DNA of 64,000 bases, taken from the NCBI GenBank assembly GCA_963847445.1, contig CAWJZV010000006.1, positions 96,001-160,000 on the forward strand, in the 5' to 3' direction. Shown here in pieces: positions 12,286-22,229 of this stretch (positions are counted from its first letter, which is position 1; each line of letters starts with the position of its first letter). Below the pieces are notes generated by a model. It was not told the DNA's origin. It searched no databases and worked only from the letters and a program-made list of their open reading frames with translations. This stretch comes from an uncultured delta proteobacterium (GTDB lineage: Bacteria; Desulfobacterota; Binatia; UBA9968). A program made the position numbers and the translations under genes.

Positions 12286-12520
12286 TCCGAACTTCGGAAT
12301 TGAGCGTTAACGCGCGCCAACCACAAGTATTCTGCAGTGAAGCCATGGGTCTCTACCGCTAAGCAGTGATTAAACCTGGTGCGTCCCGTCAGCTCGGTTG
12401 GAAAGCGATCGAGTGGCGTGGAGGGAATAAGAAGCTGCGATCGTATCGCTGGGTGGCGTCACTGCTCCGGACTTGCCACTTGCCGAGTGGACTGCCGTAT
12501 TTCAATTGCGGATTTCAGGA

Positions 12521-13417
12521 TTATTTCATCTTGTTCTTTATCGCTGGGATCGATTTCAAGTAATCGGCGATCGCCAGGGCGTCCTCTTTGGTCATGTCTT
12601 TGTAGCCGTGAGTCGTGCCCCGAATCACCTCTTCCATGAGACCCTGAACGTTATCGTAGTCGGGTTTAGTTCCCGTTAGCAACAATTCGGCGATATCTTC
12701 GCGCTTCCAGTCGCCGATGCCGGTTTCTTTGTCCGGCGTGATGTTAGGAACCAGTTCGCCGATCGGGCCATCTTTGGGCGAGCCTGCCATGTAGAGCGAT
12801 TGGTTGGGCACGCCGAAGGAGTTTCGCGGTGTGTGGCAATCGCCGCAGATGGCGACATGATTCGTCAGATATTTTCCCCGCTGGATGCCGCTTTTGGGGG
12901 CCTGGGCCGGTGATTCGTAAAAAGTACCAAATGCTTTGAGCCATAACTCGGTGACGACGCTGCGCATAAAGGGTGTAGAGGTCTTCAACTCGGGCGTCGC
13001 TTTTTTGACTGGCTTGAGCGACCTGAGATAGGCCACCAGCGCTTTCAAATCCTCCTGCGCCATGCCGGAGTATAGGGTGTAAGGCATGAGCGGCAGCTGT
13101 CGGCTGCCGTCTTTGCGCAGGCCCTTGATGATTGCATCGATGATCTGTTGATCGGTCCAATTACCCAGACCGGTGTCGTTGTCCGAGGTGAGATTGGTGC
13201 TGTAGACTGTCCCCAGCGGGATCTGAAACGGGCGCGCGCCGGCGTTATGGACGCCCTTGGGCTCGGTATGGCAAGCGCAACCGCCGGAGACGGCGAAGAT
13301 ATATTGACCGCGGGCGACCAATTCTTTTTGAGTCCCCTGGGCGTAAGCCAACGGCGGGACGCATAGGAAGAATAGCCAAAGCAACAGCAGGATTTCTTTG
13401 CTTCTTATCGCCGGCAT
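12521..13417 (-). CDS. Exported diheme cytochrome c
   Basis: Signal peptide; two heme-binding motifs (GCACH, CGDCH); NLTSDxxTGLG and NITPDKETGIG repeats. Confidence 0.88.
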   Translation of the reverse strand: MPAIRSKEILLLLWLFFLCVPPLAYAQGTQKELVARGQYIFAVSGGCACHTEPKGVHNAGARPFQIPLGTVYSTNLTSDNDTGLGNWTDQQIIDAIIKGLRKDGSRQLPLMPYTLYSGMAQEDLKALVAYLRSLKPVKKATPELKTSTPFMRSVVTELWLKAFGTFYESPAQAPKSGIQRGKYLTNHVAICGDCHTPRNSFGVPNQSLYMAGSPKDGPIGELVPNITPDKETGIGDWKREDIAELLLTGTKPDYDNVQGLMEEVIRGTTHGYKDMTKEDALAIADYLKSIPAIKNKMK

Positions 13418-13426
13418 GAAGTCTCC

Positions 13427-14356
13427 TTAGGGGTTGAGTTGCGCGCGAATTCTTTGATCTAAAAACTTGAGCGTGGCATAAAATACTTGATTGATCGGCA
13501 CTGGGGTTCCGGCTCGTCGCAGTATTTGCACCACTATGCCATTGAAGGCTTGGTATTCAAGCGGTTTGCCGGTTTCCAGATCTTGCAGCATGGAGGGTTT
13601 GAATGCGCCGAGGGTGCGCGAAAACGTCATGATCTCATCGAACTGTTCGCGCCGCAGATCGATGTTGCGCGTGCGCGCGGCCGTTTGCACCTCGGCCATG
13701 CAGTCGAGCGCAAGCGCAGTCAAAGACTCCGACTCGACAATCTGTTTGACATCGGCGTGGGCCAAACAGCTGATGGCGCAAAACGGTGCGTTCCACAGCA
13801 GTTTGGTCCATTGAATTTTCTGAATATCAGCGCTGATCTCACAGGGGATGCCGGCAGCGCTGAGAATTTCCCGGAGCAATTTAGACGGTGCGCTGGCGCC
13901 GCCGTCGCTCTGTCCGAAGATAATTCGGCCACCGTTGGCATGGGTGATAACTCCAGGAGAGGTCAATTGCGCGCCGACATAGACAACCGCCGGTAAGACT
14001 TGCTCTGGATGATAGACGCGCGCGAGTTTTTCCGGGTTATCGATGCCGTTTTGCAGCGAAAGGATATGCGTCCGGTCGCTAACCAGCGGCCGGATTTGTT
14101 CGGCGGCGGTTTCGCTGTCGTAGGATTTGACGCAAAACAGAATCAGATCGACTTTGCCAATCGTTGCGATATCGTCGGTGAACTGTGCGTTGTCGATCTG
14201 TAAATCGTCATTGGCGCTCGTGACCCGGAGACCGCTTGCCCGGAGTGCCTGCAAGTGCCGGCCACGGGCGATGAAGGCTACCTCATGGCCTGCGGCGGCG
14301 AGTTTCGCGCCGAAATAACCGCCGACAGCACCTGTGCCCATGACAGCGATACGCAT
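13427..14356 (-). CDS. panE: 2-dehydropantoate 2-reductase
   Basis: MRIAVMGTGAVGGYFG, VKSYD, LQNG, WTKLLWN, PSMLQD. Confidence 0.92.
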   Translation of the reverse strand: MRIAVMGTGAVGGYFGAKLAAAGHEVAFIARGRHLQALRASGLRVTSANDDLQIDNAQFTDDIATIGKVDLILFCVKSYDSETAAEQIRPLVSDRTHILSLQNGIDNPEKLARVYHPEQVLPAVVYVGAQLTSPGVITHANGGRIIFGQSDGGASAPSKLLREILSAAGIPCEISADIQKIQWTKLLWNAPFCAISCLAHADVKQIVESESLTALALDCMAEVQTAARTRNIDLRREQFDEIMTFSRTLGAFKPSMLQDLETGKPLEYQAFNGIVVQILRRAGTPVPINQVFYATLKFLDQRIRAQLNP

Positions 14357-14379
14357 GGTGATAATCCTAATTTGGCGCG

Positions 14380-14408
14380 ACTGTAGGCTCGACCTGGGAG
14401 CTTGTCAA
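14380..14408 (-). promoter_or_regulatory. Sigma70 promoter of panE
   Basis: TTGACA-N17-TACAGT on the minus strand. Confidence 0.65.
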
Positions 14409-14437
14409 TTTACCCCGAAAAGCGCAGTTACAAGTTC

Positions 14438-14630
14438 ACTGTGGGTGGAGGGCAAGCTCCTCCACGGCGACTCTACCTCTGAGCACTAATTTACCATAGT
14501 GCGTCGAGCCAGCTCTGTGGGAAAGGGATGGGTTGGAGAGTGGTGGAGGGTACCGGACTTTGCGGCCGCCGTCGGGTGGCTTCACCGTTCGGGGGCTCAC
14601 CCCTCGCCGCAGGGACTGCGATTTCCGGAC
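14438..14630 (+). ncRNA. Candidate structured ncRNA, family unassigned
   Basis: Several stems containing G-U pairs that work only on the plus strand; no credible ORF. Confidence 0.45.
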
Positions 14631-14711
14631 TGAAGAGTTCGGAGTTCGGTTCCGTGCCCAAGTCTCGTGGGCAGTTTAAGCTTGCCAGGCGCTATGTTAT
14701 AGAAATCGGTC

Positions 14712-14912
14712 ATGGAAAAGATCGATCCCCAGCCGGATCATTTAGGCCTTGAGCGCTATCGACCGGGCGCCCAAGTTACTTTTAAAGGCAAGCTCTATTC
14801 AATTCAGCGCCGCACTACACTCGCTTCGGGCGAAGCCGCCGTCGTGTTGCAAAGCGCCAGCGAGCAGTTCGTCGTCAGCGCCACTCAGTTTCTTGCCGCG
14901 GTCAGTGCTTAA
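14712..14912 (+). CDS. Small hypothetical protein
   Basis: 66 aa ORF with plausible composition, preceded by TGTTATAGA. Confidence 0.6.
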   Translation: MEKIDPQPDHLGLERYRPGAQVTFKGKLYSIQRRTTLASGEAAVVLQSASEQFVVSATQFLAAVSA

Positions 14913-14944
14913 CTTCGCCAATATTTATCGAACAGGAGTTCATC

Positions 14945-15937
14945 ATGGGCAAAATTCGTTTGACTTTATCTTGCTGGGACTATGATCGCACCCGTGCTTT
15001 GCAAGACGGGCGCGTCGAGGTCGAGGGCGTCGATCTGACCTACTTGCCGTTGCGCGTGGAAGAGACGTTTTGGCGCATGTTACGCTACGGCGAATTCGAT
15101 GTCGCGGAGATGTCCACCGGTTCTTTCTTAATGTCGCGCGACAAGGGCGCGCCCAGACTGATCGGTATCCCAGTTTTCCCGTCGAAGACTTTTCGCCACT
15201 CATGCATTTACATCAACACCGACTCGGGCATCAAAAAACCGGCGGACATGGCGGGTAAGCGCGTCGGCGTTCCCGAATATCAGATCACCATGGCGACCTG
15301 GGCGCGCGGCATCTTGCAGCATGAATACGGCGTGTTGCCGGAAAAGATGCAATGGTTCACCGGCGGCGAGGAGACTCCTGGGCGCCAGGACAAGGTGCAG
15401 CATAAGCTACCGGCCAACATCGATATTCAACCTATCCCCGGCGACAAGACGCTGTCCGGCATGCTCGAACGGGGCGAGATCGACGCGATGATTTCGGCGC
15501 ATATGCCATCGCCGTTTGTGCGGCGTCATCCGAAAGTGCAGCGGCTGATCCCGAACTTCCGCGAAGTCGAGGCTGACTATTTCAAGCGCACGAAGATTTT
15601 TCCAATCATGCACACCATCGTCATCCGCGAAGAGTTTTACGAACAGCATCCATGGATCGCCCAGAGCTTATGCAAAGCCTTCAACGAATCTAAAAGGATC
15701 TGCCAGGAAGCGATGTACGAGTTTTCTGCCCTAAAATATATGATGGCTTGGTCCATCGACGAGATGGAAAAGGAGCGGGAAGCTCTTGGGCCCGATCCCT
15801 GGGCCTATGGTCTGGAAGCCAATCGCCATATTCTCGAAACTTTAGTGCAGTACACCCACGAGCAAGGTTTGATTAGTAAAAAGCTCGATGTCGATGCGCT
15901 GTTTGCCAAGAGCACGCTAGAGGACTTCAAGATCTAG
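14945..15937 (+). CDS. 4,5-dihydroxyphthalate decarboxylase-like / solute-binding-fold protein
   Basis: LSCWDYDRT, FDVAEMS, IPVFPS..FRHS, GKRVGVPEYQITM, IFPIMH. Confidence 0.85.
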   Translation: MGKIRLTLSCWDYDRTRALQDGRVEVEGVDLTYLPLRVEETFWRMLRYGEFDVAEMSTGSFLMSRDKGAPRLIGIPVFPSKTFRHSCIYINTDSGIKKPADMAGKRVGVPEYQITMATWARGILQHEYGVLPEKMQWFTGGEETPGRQDKVQHKLPANIDIQPIPGDKTLSGMLERGEIDAMISAHMPSPFVRRHPKVQRLIPNFREVEADYFKRTKIFPIMHTIVIREEFYEQHPWIAQSLCKAFNESKRICQEAMYEFSALKYMMAWSIDEMEKEREALGPDPWAYGLEANRHILETLVQYTHEQGLISKKLDVDALFAKSTLEDFKI

Positions 15938-15973
15938 GCTTGTCTCTGCGTATCCATCAGTTAGACTAAAAGT

Positions 15974-16504
15974 ATGGCCGACGAAAAACCTCCCGCATTC
16001 GAAGAAACCAAATGGTGGATCGACCGCCGGGCGGTCAAGGAGCGCGACAAGTCCGCGGTGCCACCGGTCAGAGGCATCATCGAGAAATGGGCCGTCGATC
16101 TCTTAGAAAACTACAATCAGGACGAGGCGGCGAAGAATCTCGTCGATATCAACCGGAAAATTTTCAAGGAGCTCAAGGTCGCGCCTGGCCAGTGGGGCTA
16201 CTACTCCCTCGATATCGGCAAGTATCCGCCGGATAAACTGGAGAAGATCAAAGCGGCGCTGCCGCTGCCGCCGGGGGCGCGCGGCATCGTCATCGATGCC
16301 GGCTATTCGGTGCGCGTCATGATCACCGGCGAGCCGGTGGGCGAACGCTACGTCGACATCAATTTTGTCGACGCGCCGTCACTCGATTATTGGGTCAAAG
16401 CGCAGTTGATTGAAGAACGCGTGTTTGCCAACGTCGGCGAAGCGCTCAAGCGCATCCGTCCCGATTTGCTGAGCTATATGACTCCATCGGAAGATTCCGT
16501 GTGA
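15974..16504 (+). CDS. Hypothetical protein
   Basis: 176 aa ORF with host-like codon usage; TTGTCT-N16-TAGACT 6 nt before ATG. Confidence 0.75.
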   Translation: MADEKPPAFEETKWWIDRRAVKERDKSAVPPVRGIIEKWAVDLLENYNQDEAAKNLVDINRKIFKELKVAPGQWGYYSLDIGKYPPDKLEKIKAALPLPPGARGIVIDAGYSVRVMITGEPVGERYVDINFVDAPSLDYWVKAQLIEERVFANVGEALKRIRPDLLSYMTPSEDSV

Positions 16505-16636
16505 CGAGCTGCCATACAGCGAGACCGCGATTGGATAGTTGCCGATCTGCCAAAACGAGGATCGAGGATACATCCTACTCCCGCCCTTGGCGAAATTTCA
16601 AATACAGTTTTTTGCGTACGTTTGCCCGACCGCTTG

Positions 16637-16846
16637 CTAGTGGCAGCCGCAGGTTTGTGGCGTGCCGGTGCAGGCGCCGCCATTTGGCGCGGTGTCGCCG
16701 GTGGCTGCCGGAGCGCTAAAGACTGACAGTTGCTTGTCGACCTTCTTGCTGTTGCATTTGGGACAGCTGATTTTTTCCCGTGTCGATAAGACGATGGTCT
16801 CAAAGTGCTGCTCGCAGCTGCGGCAGTTGTATTCGAAGATCGGCAT
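16637..16846 (-). CDS. FmdB family zinc-ribbon protein
   Basis: MPIFEYNCRSC...FE...CPKC..KQLSVF. Confidence 0.88.
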   Translation of the reverse strand: MPIFEYNCRSCEQHFETIVLSTREKISCPKCNSKKVDKQLSVFSAPAATGDTAPNGGACTGTPQTCGCH

Positions 16847-16872
16847 TTGTCCTCGCTTCGCTCGGAATGTCA

Positions 16873-16949
16873 AATTACAGATTGCTTATTGCAAATTACC
16901 GATCCCAATTCTGGAATCTGAAATTTGGAATCTGAGATTTGCGATCCCG
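16873..16949. repeat. Degenerate heptamer tandem array (about 11 units)
   Basis: aattaca gattgct tattgca aattacc gatccca attctgg aatctga aatttgg aatctga gatttgc gatcccg. Confidence 0.6.
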
Positions 16950-16954
16950 CAGGG

Positions 16955-18133
16955 CTAGGCATGTTTGGCCTTGGCCTTGGGGTTTTTGGCGTTGACGCGC
17001 AGGGGACTTTCCCTGGGGATCGGCACCAATGACGTCACTTCCAAACCGTAGCCACGCAGACCGACCAGATGTTTCTTGTTGTTGGTCAGTAGCCGCATCT
17101 TGCGCACGCCCAAGTCGCGCAGAATTTGCGCGCCTATGCCGTATTCCTTGAAATCCGCCTGATAGACGAACGACGCATTCATGCCTTTTTGCTGCTTACC
17201 TTCGACTTTCGGATAGGCGACCATAGCCGGGTGATGTGCCTTTTGTTTAGGCTGCAAATACAAGATCACGCCTTTGCCCTCTTTGGCGATCAACTCCATG
17301 GAACGCTGAATCACCGCGCCGGTGTTGAGCAGCTCGAAGCCGAAAACATCGCCGGGTATATACTTGGTATGCACCCGCACCAAGGTTTCTTCATTGGGCG
17401 AAATCTGTCCCTTGATCAACGCCAGGTGCTCGCTTTCGTCGACATGGGTGTTGTAGACAATGGCTTGAAACTCGCCGCCGATGCGGGTCGGCAGCGGCGC
17501 CGATGCGGCTTTGTAGACCAGCGAGTCGTAGTTCAAACGGTGTTGGATCAGATCGGCGTTGGTGACGACTTTGAGCTTGTGCTTTTTGGCGAAGCGCATG
17601 AGGTCGGGCTGGCGTGCCATGGTGCCGTCGTTCTTCATGATCTCGCAAATCACGCCCGCGGGCTTGAGGCCGGCAAGGCGGGCGAGGTCGACCGAGCCTT
17701 CGGTCTGGCCCGCGCGCACGAGCACGCCGCCGTTGCGCGCGCGCAACGGAAAGATATGACCTGGCGTCGCGAGGTCTTGGGGCTTAGCGTCGTCGGCGAT
17801 TGAATCGAGAATCGTCTTGGCGCGGTCGGCGGCAGAAATCCCGGTAGTGATACCCTGGGCCGAGTCGATGGAAACGGTGAAGGCGGTGCCGAACGGCGAG
17901 GTATTGTCCGACACCATCATGGCCAGCCCCAAATGCCGGACCCGTTCTTCAGTCAAGGTTAGGCAGATCAAACCACGTCCATAGGTCGCCATGAAGTTGA
18001 CTGCCTCGGGCGTGACCTTTTCAGCGGCCATGCACAGGTCCCCTTCGTTCTCACGATCTTTGTCATCGGTGAGGATGACCATACGGCCGCGGCGGATCTC
18101 GTCAATCGCTTCTTCGATGGTCGCTAGTGGCAT
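16955..18133 (-). CDS. ribB: 3,4-dihydroxy-2-butanone-4-phosphate synthase fused to a degenerate GTP cyclohydrolase II domain (RibBX-like)
   Basis: [33 protein letters not shown]. The C-domain lacks the zinc cysteines ([14 protein letters not shown]). Confidence 0.9.
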   Translation of the reverse strand: MPLATIEEAIDEIRRGRMVILTDDKDRENEGDLCMAAEKVTPEAVNFMATYGRGLICLTLTEERVRHLGLAMMVSDNTSPFGTAFTVSIDSAQGITTGISAADRAKTILDSIADDAKPQDLATPGHIFPLRARNGGVLVRAGQTEGSVDLARLAGLKPAGVICEIMKNDGTMARQPDLMRFAKKHKLKVVTNADLIQHRLNYDSLVYKAASAPLPTRIGGEFQAIVYNTHVDESEHLALIKGQISPNEETLVRVHTKYIPGDVFGFELLNTGAVIQRSMELIAKEGKGVILYLQPKQKAHHPAMVAYPKVEGKQQKGMNASFVYQADFKEYGIGAQILRDLGVRKMRLLTNNKKHLVGLRGYGLEVTSLVPIPRESPLRVNAKNPKAKAKHA

Positions 18134-18344
18134 GGCCGATTAATTTATCACCTTACGTGGTGGGGTCAACCGGTGGGGCGGCCCGGCAGAGATCGAGGAT
18201 TGCCACAGAGATTCGGAGATCGTGGCATGAGCGGATTAACGATTATTAGTGCCGTTACGCCGCTAATATCGCATGGTGCACTTCGTGCAGACAAGTCGAT
18301 GCTATCTTAGATTGGTTCTATCAGTTTTAGCGCGGTAAATACTC

Positions 18345-18715
18345 ATGAAAGCGATTCTTTTGGTGGGAATAGGACGGCTTTATCGAATCGGTGCTGCGTT
18401 ACCTGCTCTTTGGCTGGGTACCGGTTTTGGACAAGCCCTGGTTTCCGGCCGGAATGTTCGCGGTTAGTGTTATCGGCTGCTTGGTCATCGGATTACTCGG
18501 TCGCGGAACAGCGGCCAATTTTCGCGGCCGAATTCAAGTTATATTTATTCATCGGCATTCTCGGCGGCTTTACCACATTTTCCACTTTCTCTGCTGATGA
18601 GACTCTATCTCTGGTCCATAATGGTCATGACGCTGCCGCGTTTATGAACATCGCGCTGCAGGTCATGGTTGCGCTATTGGCCGTTTGGCTGGTCTCCTGG
18701 CGCGATTGCCTGACC
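18345..18715 (+). pseudogene. crcB: Fluoride channel Fluc/CrcB with several frameshifts
   Basis: MKAILLVGIG..., VLRYL, FPAGMFAVSVIGCLVIGLL and GILGGFTTFSTFS distributed over different frames. Confidence 0.8.
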
Positions 18716-18756
18716 TTTGACGGCCCGGATTCCGCCCAAGAATTTCTTAAAATTTT

Positions 18757-18784
18757 GGAACTTTGGTAAGTCTGGGACGTCTAA
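18757..18784 (+). promoter_or_regulatory. ECF (RpoE-like) promoter
   Basis: GGAACTT-N16-TCTAA. Confidence 0.6.
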
Positions 18785-18805
18785 CCTACTCAGGGGAGGT
18801 GTTTC

Positions 18806-19264
18806 ATGGGGAGAAAACCAACGAAGGTTGCGACATCTAATAAAGAAAATCGTGAGCGCCAGCCGTTCTGGGTAAAAGCCAATAATGGGCCGCGCATGCA
18901 GCTCGACGAGCGTGCGATGGCGATTTTTCAGCCGGATGTACTGATCGAGAGCCAGTACTTAGCGACTCAGACACGGCGGATGCATTTGGACGCCGAGCGA
19001 GTTTTGATGTTCGCCGTGCTGCGCGACGCGGTGAGCTGTTTTCAGGATAACGTCGGTTCGAATTGCAAGCGTAAGCAAGCGATACATCGTGATGCCGAAG
19101 AGTGGATCCTCGACAAAGACCGCTCCCATTTGTTTGCCTTCGACAATGTTTGTGAAATTCTCGGTCTAGATCCGGAATACATGCGTGCTGGGCTGCTGCG
19201 TTGGAAAAATGCCGCGCTTCAAGGCCGTCCACTCAAAGTGCGTGCTCAGTCGCTCGCCGGCTGA
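18806..19264 (+). CDS. Hypothetical protein (paralog of 28346-28738)
   Basis: Strong SD GGGGAGG; motif ERVLMFAVLRDAV...AEEW...FAFDNVCEILGLDPEYMR. Confidence 0.85.
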   Translation: MGRKPTKVATSNKENRERQPFWVKANNGPRMQLDERAMAIFQPDVLIESQYLATQTRRMHLDAERVLMFAVLRDAVSCFQDNVGSNCKRKQAIHRDAEEWILDKDRSHLFAFDNVCEILGLDPEYMRAGLLRWKNAALQGRPLKVRAQSLAG

Positions 19265-19301
19265 ACGTCCCATCGACGCGGATCCATGGGAGAAGGTCAA
19301 A

Positions 19302-19330
19302 GGAACCAATCGTCTCGTGGCCGCGTCTAA
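19302..19330 (+). promoter_or_regulatory. ECF (RpoE-like) promoter of the Do protease
   Basis: GGAACCA-N17-TCTAA. Confidence 0.5.
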
Positions 19331-19393
19331 TGTAAGCGGAGGAAGAAAAAAACTATGTCTCGGTCCTCAGACCAGCAGCCAACTCGTTCTAAA

Positions 19394-20835
19394 ATGACCC
19401 CCTTCGTGGGTGCCTGCGCGATCGCCGTCATGGCGGGTATAGGGGGGTAAGCGTCATTGAGCACTTTCATGGTGGTCGCCAGCCGGCCCATGCCGCAAGC
19501 AGTTCGGTTGCGACGGCGCAGGGTTTACCAGACTTCATCAGCTTGGCTAAGAAACTGGGACCTTCGGTGGTGAACGTGTCGACCAGCAGAATCCGCGGCG
19601 CGGCGCAGGAATCGCAGGACGCACCCTCACCGTTTGGTGGTAATGATCCCGGAGAAGAGTTCTGGCAGCGATTCTTTGGCGGGCGCACACCCCGCGGGCC
19701 ACAGCGGCAAAGCGGTGTCGGTTCGGGCTTCATCGTCGACGGCAACGGCACGATTTTGACCAACTACCATGTCGTCGACGGCGCGCAAAAACTTAGCGTG
19801 ACACTGTCTGACGGCAAGAACTATGACGCGAAAGTCATCGGTAAGGATCAGAAGAGCGACATCGCGGTGATCAAGATCGAAGCTGGTCGCGACTTACCCG
19901 CGGCGGCCCTGGGCGACTCCGACCGGCTCGAAGTCGGCGAGTGGGTCATGGCGATCGGCAATCCGTTCGGCCTCGATCACACGGTTACTTCCGGTATCGT
20001 CAGCGCCAAGGGGCGCAATATCGGCCAAGGACCGTACGACAACTTTATTCAGACCGATGCCTCGATCAATCCGGGTAACTCGGGCGGCCCGTTGCTCAAT
20101 CTGCGCGGCGAAGTCGTGGGCATCAATACCGCGATCTTTAGTCAGTCCGGCGGCAATATCGGCATCGGCTTTGCCATCCCTTCCAACTCGATCAAAGAAC
20201 TGTTGCCGCAGTTACGCGACAAGGGCAAAGTCGTGCGTGGCTTCATTGGTGTTTCGGTGCAAAAGCTCAGCCCTGAAATTGCCGAATCCTTGGGCATCAA
20301 TCCGCCGCGTGGCGCCTTGGTCGCCGACCTGGTGAAAGGCGGACCGGCGGAGAGCGCCGGGGTAAAAACCGGCGATGTCATCATCGAGTTCGACCGCCGG
20401 CCAATCAAAGACTCCGCCGACCTGCCGCAGCAAGTGGCGCGAGTGATGCCGGGCGCAGCGGTGCAAATCAAAGTGATTCGCGATGGCAGGGAAACCGCAC
20501 TGTCGCTGACCATCGGCGAGATGAAGGAAGCCGAAGTCACCGCTGCCGCGCAGGAGGGCGAACTAGGCTTGACCGTCCAACCGCTGACTCCACAACTGGC
20601 AGAAACCCTGGGTTTAGAGCGGGGTACCGGCTTGGTCATCTCGGCAGTGAAGCCGGGGAGCGCCGCGGAAGACGCGGGCTTACGCTCCGGTGACTTGCTC
20701 GTCGAGATCAATCGCCGGCCGGTGAAAAATCTCGCCGACTACAACCGGGAGATCGCCGGCAGTGATAAAGCTAAATCAGTCCTGTTTTTGGTGCGCCGCG
20801 GTCAGAGTAGTTTGTTCCTGGCATTGAAACGCTGA
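19394..20835 (+). CDS. degP: Do/DegP family serine endoprotease with two PDZ domains; frameshift near 19447
   Basis: GSGFI, LTNYHVV, DIAVIKI, IQTDASINPGNSGGPL. Confidence 0.92.
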
Positions 20836-20850
20836 CCCAACGGCGGGTGG

Positions 20851-20905
20851 AAACCGCTCAGCTTGCCATGCCTCCCAGCAGCCTCCCGGCAAGTGAGCGG
20901 TTTTT
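20851..20905 (+). terminator. Putative intrinsic terminator
   Basis: AAACCGCTCA-G-CTTGCC ... GGCAAG-TGAGCGGTTTTT. Confidence 0.55.
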
Positions 20906-21143
20906 AACTTTTCCCTCATAATTCTTGCAACCGTTAAAGCGTCATTCCGCAAGTCCATTTGATCTGGCTCTGGCGCGGCCATCGACCGCCAGCAGCGCCG
21001 TCAAGTCCACGCCCGGTTGTTCTCGGCAGCCCATAAGTATGTGCGCGATGAATATGCCGTTTCGTGGATTGAGCAACCAGCGAGAATCGTCTAATATCCG
21101 CCACTGCGGATAGCCGGATTAAGTTTCAAGCGAGGTCTCCTAA

Positions 21144-22211
21144 ATGGGTCTGCGGTTGGCAACGATCAAACGTTTCAATAGGAATGTCGGATTGCGCAAG
21201 TTACTAATTCAGCCATTGGCGCTGCTCTCGCTGCCTCTCATTATTCTCAGCACCGCGTTCGCCCAGGTTAATCCTTATCTCGCCCGTCCCAGCGAACGGT
21301 CCATGACCATCCGCATCGCGACTTGTGCCGTGTCCGGCGGGTTCGCTCACCTCTATACCGCGCTGGAAAACGGTCTTTTCGACAAATACGGATTCAAAGT
21401 GGAGCATGTTTTTATCCGCGGCAGTGGGCCGGCACTGGCCGCGCTGATGGCCGACGAGATCCAATTTCTCTACTGCGCCGCCGATGCGACGCTGCCATCG
21501 CTGGCGGCCGGCATCGACGTTAAGTTGGTTGCCGCGCCGTTCGTTAAATTGCCCTACGTCTTGGTCACCCGCAAGGAGATCCGCCGCATGGAGGATCTCA
21601 AAGGCAAAGCGCTGGGCGTGGCAAGGGCCGGCGATTTGAGCGACCGGTTGTCGCGTGCCATGGTCAAGCGTTTTAATGTTGCCGACGTTGTCATGCGGCC
21701 TGTCGGCGGCAGTCAAAATGAGCGTTACCAGGCGATGGCGGCGAACCTGGTGCAAGGCGTCGTCATCACCCCGCCCATCGATGTGCGCGCTAAAAATGAC
21801 GGTTACAACGTGCTGTACCGCCTGATCGACTTGGATATTCCGTTTATTTACAGTTCCGTACATGTGACCTCGCGCACCGTGCGCGACCGGCCCGAAATGG
21901 TCCAGCGCATGGTCGCGGCATTTGCCGAAGCGATTCATTATGTCGATAAGAATCCGGTCAAAACTAAATCTGCCATCGCTAAAATCATGCGTACGAAAGA
22001 CGACGAAGCTTTACAGGTGTCGTACAACGTCTATACCAAAGACATTGTCGACCGGCGCATGATCGTGCCGGGGCAAGCTGTGAACGACTCGCTTGAACTC
22101 TATCGTTCGTTGGGCACACCGATTAAACGTAAGGCCGAAGATATTTACGATAATAGCTTCGTCAATCACTTGGAGCAAAGCGGCTTTCAGAGAGAGCTTT
22201 GGGGCCGATAA
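21144..22211 (+). CDS. ABC transporter substrate-binding protein (NitT/TauT, NMT1-like)
   Basis: Signal peptide; GLFDKYG, DLKGKALGV; paralogous to the next gene. Confidence 0.88.
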   Translation: MGLRLATIKRFNRNVGLRKLLIQPLALLSLPLIILSTAFAQVNPYLARPSERSMTIRIATCAVSGGFAHLYTALENGLFDKYGFKVEHVFIRGSGPALAALMADEIQFLYCAADATLPSLAAGIDVKLVAAPFVKLPYVLVTRKEIRRMEDLKGKALGVARAGDLSDRLSRAMVKRFNVADVVMRPVGGSQNERYQAMAANLVQGVVITPPIDVRAKNDGYNVLYRLIDLDIPFIYSSVHVTSRTVRDRPEMVQRMVAAFAEAIHYVDKNPVKTKSAIAKIMRTKDDEALQVSYNVYTKDIVDRRMIVPGQAVNDSLELYRSLGTPIKRKAEDIYDNSFVNHLEQSGFQRELWGR

Positions 22212-22229
22212 GGCGGTCAGGAGTCAGGG

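Noticed and set aside
12286-12520. Small ORFs or RNA between MoxR and the cytochrome c gene
   Set aside because: No recognisable motif, SD or convincing extended structure
14519-14640. Possible hammerhead ribozyme (GAAA ... CTGAAGA) or group II intron domain V
   Set aside because: Stems II and III cannot be formed around the core, the similarity to domain V is weak, and no reverse transcriptase is nearby
18134-18344. FMN or fluoride riboswitch between ribB and crcB
   Set aside because: No conserved core motif of either is visible
21074-21094. Third ECF-like promoter (CAACC...GTCTAA)
   Set aside because: Spacing of about 10 nt is too short
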